Shown here one piece after another: positions 1 to 7,976 of a stretch of DNA of 12,267 nt (position 1 is the stretch's first letter; each line of letters opens with the position of its first letter). The stretch spans positions 1 through 12,267 of the forward strand of contig CBFDTJ010000044.1 in the NCBI GenBank assembly GCA_965612865.1. Reading direction: 5' to 3'. This DNA comes from an uncultured bacterium (GTDB taxonomy: Bacteria > Caldisericota > Caldisericia > B22-G15). The position numbers were made by a program, and so were the translations under genes. The notes below the pieces were generated by a model. It worked only from the letters and a program-made list of their open reading frames with translations, did no database searches and was not told where the DNA came from.

Positions 1-47
1 CTACACCTAAGCCTTCGTCGGCAGCGTCAGATGTGTATAAGAGACAG
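1..47 (+). other. Illumina Nextera i5 adapter contamination (P5 tail end + i5 index + Read1 adapter + Tn5 mosaic end)
   Basis: CTACAC (1-6, 3' end of P5), CTAAGCCT (7-14, matches Nextera index N/S508), TCGTCGGCAGCGTC (15-28) and AGATGTGTATAAGAGACAG (29-47, 19-bp mosaic end), in the exact order of a Nextera library end and at the edge of the window. Confidence 0.99.
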
Positions 48-1151
48 ACCCAAATGAGTAGGTATCTCTTCTCCCCCAAAGTTGGAAGACTTACCAAGTG
101 AGTATATAATAATAGGTTTATCTGCATTTACCTCAAAAGTGCCTTCATAACTTATAAGTTTAAACTCTTTGGAGTTAAGGTTAAATTTCTCTGTTTTACC
201 ATCACCTTTAAATAAAACATTAGTATTGTTCTCAAAAGAAAATATCCCGACTTCACCAAAGGAATAACCATATAAAAACCCCAGATAGGGAGTAATCACT
301 GTAAAACTAGAATCATCAAACTTTCCATACTGGATTAAAACTGGCTTATCTGCTTTGTAGTACAAAAGGGATGGATAAAGACCAAGTTTTTTGAACGTTT
401 CTCCTGCTTTTAATGTACCTTTGTATATTAACTCTCCCCCACTATCTTCTACCCTTACAAAATTATTATCAAACAAACTGGTAACGAAAATATCTGAATG
501 TGTAAAGAAGAACCCCTCAGTTCCGATAATAGACGTTATGTCGTCATCACTTTTATCTTCAGGTAAATTCTTACCAGGTTTTCCTATAGAGGATACAGTC
601 ACCATCAGGGGACCATTAGAAACCACATGGAAAGACTGGGGTGAGGCAAGATCTATCCTTTCATAGTGACCATATTTAATCTTTCCTGAGAAAAGAAGCT
701 TTCCATCTTTATTGGTAACCTTCACATCGCTATCCTTAAGCGCAATAAGGTAAATCTTCTCAAAAGAGATACCGTAAAATTCAGTACCTATGTAATTTAC
801 AAAGGAAAAATCTTTTTCTGGCAAGATAGATCTTTTCTCTCCTGTGGAGAATCTAAATTCAAGATGTTTCTCTTCTCCCCTATCAAGATTCAACTTGAAT
901 CTTATTTTAATCTTACCTTTCTCTTTCTCAACAACATAGAATGGTATCTCCTTCTTTGTATCCTTATCAACAAGAATATAGTCATCGTTTGAAAGATTAG
1001 GATCTTCAACGGTGAGGGTTATAAAACTTGGATTCCTTTTTAATCCCCCGGTCTCTTTTATTACAATATCTTTCTTATACCCATTGGCTGCAGAAAGATG
1101 GGTGGGTAAAAAAACTAAAACCAAAATTAAAATTATTATTATTTTTCTCAC
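48..1151 (-). CDS. Secreted/surface protein, 3'-truncated by the adapter: signal peptide, DUF2341-like N-terminal domain, and at least 3 beta-rich repeats resembling the IgGFc-binding protein N-terminal domain
   Basis: Open frame from 1175 (ATG) or 1151 (GTG) to 48, with no genomic stop. From the GTG it reads MRKIIIILILVLVFLPTHLSA-A, a typical Sec signal peptide. Repeats have the pattern G(T)EF...I..(S/A)..D/NN..V.V....G......L..G.......(A/S)DKP/NGP. Start choice and domain names are by-eye inference. Confidence 0.75.
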
Positions 1152-1157
1152 AATTTC

Positions 1158-1185
1158 ATTATATTTAACTATCATGTTTTGTAAA
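1158..1185 (-). promoter_or_regulatory. Putative sigma70-type promoter for the secreted protein gene, probably giving a leaderless mRNA
   Basis: Minus strand: TTTACA (1185-1180), 16 nt, TATAAT (1163-1158), 6 nt, GTG (1151). No Shine-Dalgarno sequence before either the ATG at 1175 or the GTG at 1151. Confidence 0.55.
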
Positions 1186-1188
1186 GTC

Positions 1189-2028
1189 TTAAATTTTCAC
1201 CTCCAGATTCGGATTTACATCAAGATCCAATAAAACCTCTCCTCTCTCTATTCTCATAACTTTGGTTGGACACTTCTCAACACATAAACCACACAAAGTA
1301 CACTTACTCATATCCACCACAGGTAACTTATTATCTCCCCATGTAATTGCCTTTTCAGGACATACCTTTATACATATACCGCATTTTATGCACCCTCTTC
1401 CACACTCTTTCCTTACTTCAATTCCCTTTCTCGGACTATTACACTTTACAAGTCCTGATTCATTCCATGGAACCATAGCTATTACATTTCTCGGGCAAAC
1501 CTCTGCGCATATCCCACAACCTGTACATTTTTCATAATCAAAAATAGGTAATCCGTCCACCATCTTAATAGCATCAAACGGACACGCTCTCTCACATGTT
1601 CCGAGTCCAACACATCCAAACTCGCATGCTTTTTCACCATTAAAAGCAAATGGAACTGCTCTACAGTCACTCAGACCTTCATACTCTGCTCTAATCTTTT
1701 CAACCCCAATTCCACCTACGCAGAGAAGGACAGGTTTCTTTTTCTCTGCAGAGACAGAAAGTCCCACCAGCTCCCCTATTTTCTTTATATTCTCTGGAGG
1801 CGCTACTGTGCATTTACTGGGATTTTCACCTTTAAGTACAGCTTCAGCAAAAGCATCACATCCAGGATATCCACATGCGCCACAGTTAGCTCCGCCCAGT
1901 AATTCAACTATCTCCTCAAACTTCTTATCTCTTTTTACTTTAAATATTTCATTGAACCAAGAGAGGCTCATTCCAGCTAAAAAAGCTATTATTCCCATAA
2001 GTATTATTGCTCTAACCACTATATCCAT
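1189..2028 (-). CDS. rnfB: Rnf complex subunit B (polyferredoxin-type Fe-S subunit)
   Basis: N-terminal membrane anchor; NCGACGYPGC Fe-S motif; CEFGCVGLGTCERACP; three further ferredoxin motifs (CTGCGICAEVCP, CIKCGICIKVCP, CTLCGLCVEKCP); GGAGG RBS; last gene of the CDGEAB order. Confidence 0.96.
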   Translation of the reverse strand: MDIVVRAIILMGIIAFLAGMSLSWFNEIFKVKRDKKFEEIVELLGGANCGACGYPGCDAFAEAVLKGENPSKCTVAPPENIKKIGELVGLSVSAEKKKPVLLCVGGIGVEKIRAEYEGLSDCRAVPFAFNGEKACEFGCVGLGTCERACPFDAIKMVDGLPIFDYEKCTGCGICAEVCPRNVIAMVPWNESGLVKCNSPRKGIEVRKECGRGCIKCGICIKVCPEKAITWGDNKLPVVDMSKCTLCGLCVEKCPTKVMRIERGEVLLDLDVNPNLEVKI

Positions 2029-2037
2029 CTCTTCCTC

Positions 2038-2616
2038 CTATTTTATAAGTCCCTTAAATCCAAGAAAAGCAACAGCTATAAGTCCAATGGATATAAATAC
2101 AATAGGATAGCCTTTAAGGAATTTTGGCACATTAGAAAATCTTAATCTTTCTCTTACACCAGCAAGTATTATAAGAGCTATAGCAAAACCACCTGAAGCA
2201 CCAAAAGCAAAGAGAAGACTCTCAACAAAATTATAGCTCTTATCTATATTTATAAATGTAATAGCAAGAATGGAACAGTTTGTGGTTATAAGCGGAAGAT
2301 AAATACCAAGAGATTTGTATAATGCTGGCACATTCTTCTTTAGATAAATTTCGACAAGCTGAACTAAAGAGGCGATGGTAAAAATAAAAACAAGTATCTC
2401 CAAAAACTCAAGACCTGTCATAAAGTAGTGGTAAACTATCCATGTAACAACTGTAGCAAGTGTTGTAACAAAGATAACTGCAAATCCCATACCGGTAGCA
2501 GAATCCATATCCCCTGTAACACCAACATAGGGACACATCCCCAGGTATCTAATGAAAACCATATTGTCAACTATCATTGCTGCTATGAAAATCTTTATAA
2601 GAGTAGTAACACTCAT
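2038..2616 (-). CDS. rnfA: Rnf complex subunit A (integral membrane)
   Basis: YLGMCP, IASLVQLVE, LGIYLPLITTNC and GVRERL motifs; 192 aa, hydrophobic; ATGA overlap with rnfE. Confidence 0.97.
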   Translation of the reverse strand: MSVTTLIKIFIAAMIVDNMVFIRYLGMCPYVGVTGDMDSATGMGFAVIFVTTLATVVTWIVYHYFMTGLEFLEILVFIFTIASLVQLVEIYLKKNVPALYKSLGIYLPLITTNCSILAITFINIDKSYNFVESLLFAFGASGGFAIALIILAGVRERLRFSNVPKFLKGYPIVFISIGLIAVAFLGFKGLIK

Positions 2617-3209
2617 GACTTCCTCCCTATATAACCTCTAAGCACTGCTATATAAATTCCAAGTATAATAAAGGCACCTGGAGGTAGAAGTATTATACCT
2701 GCAGGTTTGAAACCCTGAGGAAAAACTCTATAACCAAGAAATGTTCCGCTTCCCAATATTTCTCTTACAGCAGCAAGAGCAATTATAGCAATACCATATC
2801 CTACAGACATGCCCAATGCATCAAAAAGTGTAACGAGAATTGATTTTTTATAGGCAAACGCCTCTACTCTCGCAAGGACGATGCAGTTAACAACTATCAA
2901 TGGAATAAATATTCCTAAGGACTTGGAAAGTGTAGGTGAATAGGCTTTCATTACAAGATCTACCACTGTTGTTGAACCAGCGATGGCTACAAGAAATATG
3001 GGAATCCTTAAGTGATTCGGAATTAATTTCCTTATGGCAGAAACAATAAGCTCACTTGTTATAAGAACAAAGGAAAAACCCAGTGTCATTCCTATAGCAT
3101 TTTCCACAGTGGTAGAGACTGCAAGAACAGAGCACAATCCAACCATAAGTATTAAAACAGGATTCTGTAAGAACAAGCCTTTTTTAAATTCTTTCCAGAG
3201 TTCTTCCAT
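2613..3209 (-). CDS. rnfE: Rnf complex subunit E (integral membrane)
   Basis: NPVL..MVGLC, RIPIF, LGIFIPLIVVNC, REILGSG and LPPGAF motifs; 198 aa. Confidence 0.97.
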   Translation of the reverse strand: MEELWKEFKKGLFLQNPVLILMVGLCSVLAVSTTVENAIGMTLGFSFVLITSELIVSAIRKLIPNHLRIPIFLVAIAGSTTVVDLVMKAYSPTLSKSLGIFIPLIVVNCIVLARVEAFAYKKSILVTLFDALGMSVGYGIAIIALAAVREILGSGTFLGYRVFPQGFKPAGIILLPPGAFIILGIYIAVLRGYIGRKS

Positions 3210-3210
3210 C

Positions 3211-3768
3211 TTACTTTCCTCCTTTTACTTCTTCCCTGTAAAATTCAGCAATTTTCTTTATGGCACTGGATACAGATCTTGAAGATACAGTGGCACCTGT
3301 GATTGCAACCACATCTTTCTTTGGTACAAATGGATCAGACAGCGGTTTATTTACAAATTGTTTTCTAAACTCATCTGTTGTAATCTTTGCACCCAATCCT
3401 GGAGTCTCTGCATGCTCAAGTATTATTATTCCACTACAAACATCATCCTCATACCCGATTAAGGATTCAATCTTCCCACCATATCCGGGGAACAATGCAT
3501 GGAAAACATACCCTTCACTTCCATCCTTATTTTTAACTTTATACACATTAAGCACCTTTATACCGTCCGAAAGCTCCGTATCTCGAAAATCTTCAAGCTC
3601 CTTAAAAGTTTCCTCATTTGAAAAAATAGTTTTTATACCCTCTCTTAATGACCTCTCCTTTTGCTTCTGAATTTCAGGAGATGTAAAAGAGTAAACCCAG
3701 CCCAGTATACCTGAACCAATAATTGCCACAAGTGTTATTATGAGAGCATTTTTTATAATATCCCTCAT
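3211..3768 (-). CDS. rnfG: Rnf complex subunit G (membrane-anchored, covalent FMN)
   Basis: N-terminal TM helix; GYGG.I, H.ETPGLG and ITGATVSS (flavinylated Thr) motifs; ATGA overlap with rnfD; GGAGG RBS. Confidence 0.96.
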   Translation of the reverse strand: MRDIIKNALIITLVAIIGSGILGWVYSFTSPEIQKQKERSLREGIKTIFSNEETFKELEDFRDTELSDGIKVLNVYKVKNKDGSEGYVFHALFPGYGGKIESLIGYEDDVCSGIIILEHAETPGLGAKITTDEFRKQFVNKPLSDPFVPKKDVVAITGATVSSRSVSSAIKKIAEFYREEVKGGK

Positions 3769-4757
3769 TTTTTTCCTCCTGTCCCAAATACCCTCGGTAG
3801 AAATTTATCAAAGAGTGGTGTGAGTACATTCATGGATAAAATGCCAAAAGAGACCCCTTCAGGGTAAATTCCCCAGTTTCTTATAACAAAAGTGACTACA
3901 CCGGCACCTATGCCAAAGATAACCCGGCCCAGAGGTGTAACAGGGCTTGTTACATAGTCAGTTGCCATAAAGAAGGCACCTATTATCAACCCACCTGAAA
4001 GTAGATGGAACAGTACATCCTGTTTAAATAAAAGAGCAAGAATAGCGACGGTACCTATAAATGTAATAGGGATTTTAAGGTCAATTATATCCCTTCTGAT
4101 TAACAACAGAAAAACAACACCTATAAGAAGAAGTAGTTTTGATGTCTCTCCAATGGAACCACCAATCCTTCCAAAGAAGAGATCAGAGTAAAGAGAAGGG
4201 GTTATATTTAATTGATGAAGTCTGAACAGATCAAGAGGCGTAGCTGTAGTAACAAGATTTTGAGTTCCTGAAACAAAATAAAAAAAGTTAAATCCTGGTT
4301 TGAGCCATCGATTAAGTAAACCGGTCCATGATAAGAACACAACTGCCCTTCCAAAAAGGGCAGGATTTAAGAAATTTGAACCCAGACCACCAAAAAATTG
4401 CTTTGCAATTATAATAGCTGAGGAGGATCCTATAATAACCATCCATAAAGGAGTTGTTGGAGAAATTATCATGCCAAACAACAATCCCGTTAAAGCAGCG
4501 CTTCCGTCAGATATTGTGATCTCTTTCTTTGTCAGGATTTCAAATAAATATTCAGATAAAATTGCAGTAACAATGCTTGTTACGAGTATAAGCCCGGCAT
4601 ACAGACCAAATTCATATACTCCCCAAATAGCAGCAGGAAGGAGAGCAATAAAAACAAGACGCATTATTGCGTGTGTAGTTAAAGGATCTTTTATATGAGG
4701 GGAGGATGAGACTATAACTTTCAATTTCCTGGTTTCTTCCTTTTTATTATCCTTCAT
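3765..4757 (-). CDS. rnfD: Rnf complex subunit D (integral membrane, covalent FMN); 330 aa from the corrected start
   Basis: SSSPHI, KQFFGGLG.N..NPA, TTATPL, GSIGETS, GAFFMATDYVTSP and YPEGV motifs. The ATG at 4757 overlaps the rnfC TGA (ATGA) and follows AAGGCGGTG, so it is preferred over the ORF-track start at 4859. Confidence 0.96.
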   Translation of the reverse strand: MKDNKKEETRKLKVIVSSSPHIKDPLTTHAIMRLVFIALLPAAIWGVYEFGLYAGLILVTSIVTAILSEYLFEILTKKEITISDGSAALTGLLFGMIISPTTPLWMVIIGSSSAIIIAKQFFGGLGSNFLNPALFGRAVVFLSWTGLLNRWLKPGFNFFYFVSGTQNLVTTATPLDLFRLHQLNITPSLYSDLFFGRIGGSIGETSKLLLLIGVVFLLLIRRDIIDLKIPITFIGTVAILALLFKQDVLFHLLSGGLIIGAFFMATDYVTSPVTPLGRVIFGIGAGVVTFVIRNWGIYPEGVSFGILSMNVLTPLFDKFLPRVFGTGGKK

Positions 4758-6091
4758 TTTCTCACCGCCTTTCTCTTCTTGATGATTTCCGTTTTTGCCA
4801 TTCTTATGGACTGAACAAGGTGTCTCTTGGAAGGACATACATAGGCGCAACTTCCACATTCAATACAATCAAGAGCTCTAAACTCCTCTGCTTTATCAAA
4901 ATCTCCCATTCTTGAATATCCATCTATAAAAAGCGGCATTAGACCCATAGGGCAAGCATCGACACATCTCCCACATCTTATACAGGGGTACTCTTCGTAT
5001 TCTATTAATTCCTGATCTGTGAATAAAAGTATTCCAGACGTTCCTTTTATAACTGGTAAATCAAGAGTGTAAGCAGAAAAACCCATCATTGGACCACCAA
5101 ATATTATCTTTTTTATATTCTCCCGGGCTCCACCACAAAATTCTATTACATGTGATGCAATGGTTCCTATCCTGACCTTTAAATTCTTTGGTTCCATAAC
5201 ACCAGAACCAGAAACAGTAATAACTCTCTCAATCAGGGGAACGCCATCGTATACAGCCCTCTTTATGGCATAAGTTGTTCCAACATTCTGAACTATGCAA
5301 CCAACATGGAAGGGTAAGCCTCCTGAGGGAACTTCTCTACCAGTTATAGCCTTAATGAGATGTTTTTCTGAACCTTGTGGGTATTTCGTTCTGAGGAGAA
5401 CCACTTCTATATCTTTATCAAGCCCCATACTGTGGACAATTTTATCAAGAGAGACAGCAGCGTCAGATTTATTTTCTTCAACACCTATAAAAGTTTTCTT
5501 AACACCAAGAATCCTTGTAAGGATCTCTACCCCTTTAATTACACTTTCTCCTTCTTCAAGCATTAACCTGTAGTCTCCTGTAAGATATGGTTCACATTCT
5601 GCACCGTTTATAATAAGAGTATCCACAGGGAAGTTAGGCGGAGGCATAAGTTTTATGTGTGTGGGAAAAGCAGCACCTCCCAATCCCACAATTCCAGCCT
5701 CTCTAATTATTTTAAGGAGGTCTTCTCTCGAAAGTGAATCAACATCGTTACGAGGTTTAACACTGTCATCCCATATTTCTTCGTGATCGTTTTTAATAAG
5801 CACAGCCACAGATTTTCTACTATTGGGAAGAGTAGTTTCAACCAACTTCACAACCTCTCCAGAAATTGGAGAATGAACAGGAGAAGTAACTTTTGCATCA
5901 CTATCACCAATTTTTTGGCCCTTCTTAACCGTATCCTTTGGTTTTACAAGCGGTTGAGCTGGTGCTCCTGTATGCTGATGTAAAGGAACAAGAACTTCTT
6001 CTACCTCCTCCATAGTTTCAATTCGTTTATCCTTTGTAAATTTACTCTCTGGAGGGTGAACACCTCCTTTCCTAAAGGTTAAAATCCTCAT
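4754..6091 (-). CDS. rnfC: Rnf complex subunit C (NADH/FMN-binding, two [4Fe-4S] clusters)
   Basis: GGVHP, QHTGAP, GIVGLGGAAFPTHIK, NGAECEPYLT.D, YPQGSEK, GGPMMG, CIRCGRCVDACP and CIECGSCAYVCP motifs; 445 aa with no long C-terminal extension; AAGGAGG RBS. Confidence 0.98.
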   Translation of the reverse strand: MRILTFRKGGVHPPESKFTKDKRIETMEEVEEVLVPLHQHTGAPAQPLVKPKDTVKKGQKIGDSDAKVTSPVHSPISGEVVKLVETTLPNSRKSVAVLIKNDHEEIWDDSVKPRNDVDSLSREDLLKIIREAGIVGLGGAAFPTHIKLMPPPNFPVDTLIINGAECEPYLTGDYRLMLEEGESVIKGVEILTRILGVKKTFIGVEENKSDAAVSLDKIVHSMGLDKDIEVVLLRTKYPQGSEKHLIKAITGREVPSGGLPFHVGCIVQNVGTTYAIKRAVYDGVPLIERVITVSGSGVMEPKNLKVRIGTIASHVIEFCGGARENIKKIIFGGPMMGFSAYTLDLPVIKGTSGILLFTDQELIEYEEYPCIRCGRCVDACPMGLMPLFIDGYSRMGDFDKAEEFRALDCIECGSCAYVCPSKRHLVQSIRMAKTEIIKKRKAVRK

Positions 6092-6639
6092 TTCGGTTTT
6101 TCCTCCTTTAGTTGTTCATGGCCGCAGTAAGGACAAATATCCCAGTCTAATTCAAGAGGTTTACCACAGTAAACACACTCTTTTTTTAATCTTGTATGGC
6201 AATAGGGACATACAAGCCAATTTTCTTTAATGGGAGCTCCACAGTTTGGACACTTCAATCTTTCTTTTGAAAGGAGGTACGCCCAGTACTCTCTTTCTAG
6301 ATTAAGAGCCTCCCTTTCTAGATTTTCTATTTCAAGCTCTTCCTTCGTCCAGGGTGGTCTCACAAGAAGATAAATAAGCCAGGGGATTATACCACCAGAT
6401 GGAATTGAAATAGAAAGAAAGACCCAGTTGGCTCTTCTTATTAAATAGTAGGCATATGGAAAAACAATGCCTGTTATTATTATTAGAATAAGCCAGAAAT
6501 ATGGACCAAAACCTCTCTTTCTTGCGTCTTGATAGGTCCAATAAGCGATAAGAATCACGAGAATGGTAAAAGAAATATAAAAGAGAGCCGAAAGCCTCCC
6601 AAGAGAAGAGAAGATATCCCCAGTAATTTCGTTTCCCAC
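6088..6639 (-). CDS. Membrane protein with C-terminal double zinc ribbon, function unknown
   Basis: GTG start after AGGAGG; about 3 hydrophobic segments with a W.YQDARKRG motif; short acidic heptad linker (ENLEREALNLERE); four CxxC pairs (CPNC, CPYC, CVYC, CPYC); TGA overlaps the rnfC ATG. Confidence 0.88.
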   Translation of the reverse strand: MGNEITGDIFSSLGRLSALFYISFTILVILIAYWTYQDARKRGFGPYFWLILIIITGIVFPYAYYLIRRANWVFLSISIPSGGIIPWLIYLLVRPPWTKEELEIENLEREALNLEREYWAYLLSKERLKCPNCGAPIKENWLVCPYCHTRLKKECVYCGKPLELDWDICPYCGHEQLKEEKPK

Positions 6640-6650
6640 ATTAACCTCCT

Positions 6651-7976
6651 TTAAGTAAAGTAGTATCTTTTAAGTATAGACCTTGCTTCTCCTACAATAT
6701 AAAAAGACCCAGTTATAACCACTGGTTCAACTGAAAAAAACCCATCTGCTATCCTGAAAGCTTCAATTACATTTTTTGAAGCTCTCATCTCTTTAAAAGG
6801 AAACATCCTCTTTGCAAGATTTAATAGATAATCTGGAGGAGTTCTCCTCTCCCTTACCCCACTTGGTGCTGTAAAAATAACTTTTTCTGCACAAGGAAGT
6901 ATCATCTCCAGCACTCTTTCAATGTTCTTGTCCTTTAAAATTCCAAAAATCAAATTTATTTTACCACAACCAAAGTATTGTTGTAAAAATTTTTTAACTT
7001 CTCTCATTGAAATTTCGTTATGAGCCCCATCAAGAAGGTAGGTTCTTCCACCTTCATTAATTATTTCTCCTCTTCCAGGGATAAATGCATCCTCTAAAGC
7101 TTCTCTGATTTTACTTTCACTTATCTTTATTAAATCTGAATCTTCAAGAACCTCCAGGGTTTTTATTGCAAGAGAGCTGTTCATCACCTGATACTCACCA
7201 AGCATCTTTATCTTTAAATTGTCAAAAAAATTTTTCTGAGATTTGTATGTAAATATAGTTCCACTTTTATCCATCTTGAGTATTTTACTTGAGAAATCTC
7301 TTCCCTCCATATATATTTTTGAATCACACTCTCTCCCTTTATCTATAATCACTTTGAGCGCTTTTTTCTCCTGCTTTGAGAGAATAACTGGTCTTTTCTT
7401 CTTTATTATTCCAGCTTTTTCAAAGGAGATTTTTTCTATGGTATCTCCGAGAATATTCATGTGGTCAAGACCTATGGGAGTTATAATAGAGGTCAATGGA
7501 TTAAGCACTACATTTGTTGCATCAAGTCTTCCCCCAAGACCTGTCTCAAGAACAACAAAATCCACATTATTTTTGTGGAAATAGTGAAAAGAAATAGCTG
7601 TTAAAATCTCAAATAGGGTAGGTTCACCAATTTCGTTAAATTCCTCTTTCTTCTCATATATATTTTTAATATCCCATATGTATTCTCCAAACTCCCCTGC
7701 AGGTATGAAACTACCATTTATGGATATTCTCTCTCTAAAGCATTGAAGATGGGGAGACAAAAAAAGTCCAACTTTATATCCATGATGTGAAAGTAAGCGG
7801 GATATAAAGACACATGTGGATCCTTTACCCTTTGTTCCTGCAACATGAATAACCCTCTTTCCCTTCTCTGGATTTCCAAGAATTTCAAGAAGAAGTTTTA
7901 TCCTGTCAAGCCCCGGTTTTATGGTTCTTCTCTTTCTTGCACCAAGAAAATCCAGAGCTTCTACATAAGAAAACAT
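6651..7976 (-). CDS. folC: Folylpolyglutamate synthase / dihydrofolate synthase
   Basis: HVAGTKGKGST P-loop, SPHL..FRERI, ETGLGGRLDATN, IGLDH, EKAGI, DGAHN and TGSFY.VG motifs; TAATG overlap with valS, a widely conserved pairing. Confidence 0.96.
   Translation of the reverse strand: MFSYVEALDFLGARKRRTIKPGLDRIKLLLEILGNPEKGKRVIHVAGTKGKGSTCVFISRLLSHHGYKVGLFLSPHLQCFRERISINGSFIPAGEFGEYIWDIKNIYEKKEEFNEIGEPTLFEILTAISFHYFHKNNVDFVVLETGLGGRLDATNVVLNPLTSIITPIGLDHMNILGDTIEKISFEKAGIIKKKRPVILSKQEKKALKVIIDKGRECDSKIYMEGRDFSSKILKMDKSGTIFTYKSQKNFFDNLKIKMLGEYQVMNSSLAIKTLEVLEDSDLIKISESKIREALEDAFIPGRGEIINEGGRTYLLDGAHNEISMREVKKFLQQYFGCGKINLIFGILKDKNIERVLEMILPCAEKVIFTAPSGVRERRTPPDYLLNLAKRMFPFKEMRASKNVIEAFRIADGFFSVEPVVITGSFYIVGEARSILKRYYFT

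Noticed and set aside
29..47. Tn5 mosaic end as a genuine transposon end
   Set aside because: It is joined to the Nextera Read1 adapter, an index and the P5 tail at the window edge, with no transposase or second end; it is a library artefact.
1482..1670. 62-aa minus-strand ORF inside rnfB
   Set aside because: Alternative frame fully nested in a conserved gene, with no recognisable motif.
4758..4859. 34-aa N-terminal extension of RnfD in the ORF track
   Set aside because: It lies inside the conserved rnfC 3' end; the ATG at 4757 has an RBS and an ATGA overlap and gives a normal RnfD length.
1189..6091. Na+-NQR (nqr) operon instead of Rnf
   Set aside because: The RnfC has two ferredoxin-type clusters, a polyferredoxin RnfB is present, and there is no NqrF-like FAD/NADH subunit.
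6332..6541. 69-aa minus-strand ORF inside the zinc-ribbon gene
   Set aside because: Out-of-frame nested ORF; the 183-aa frame has the RBS, TM segments and CxxC motifs.
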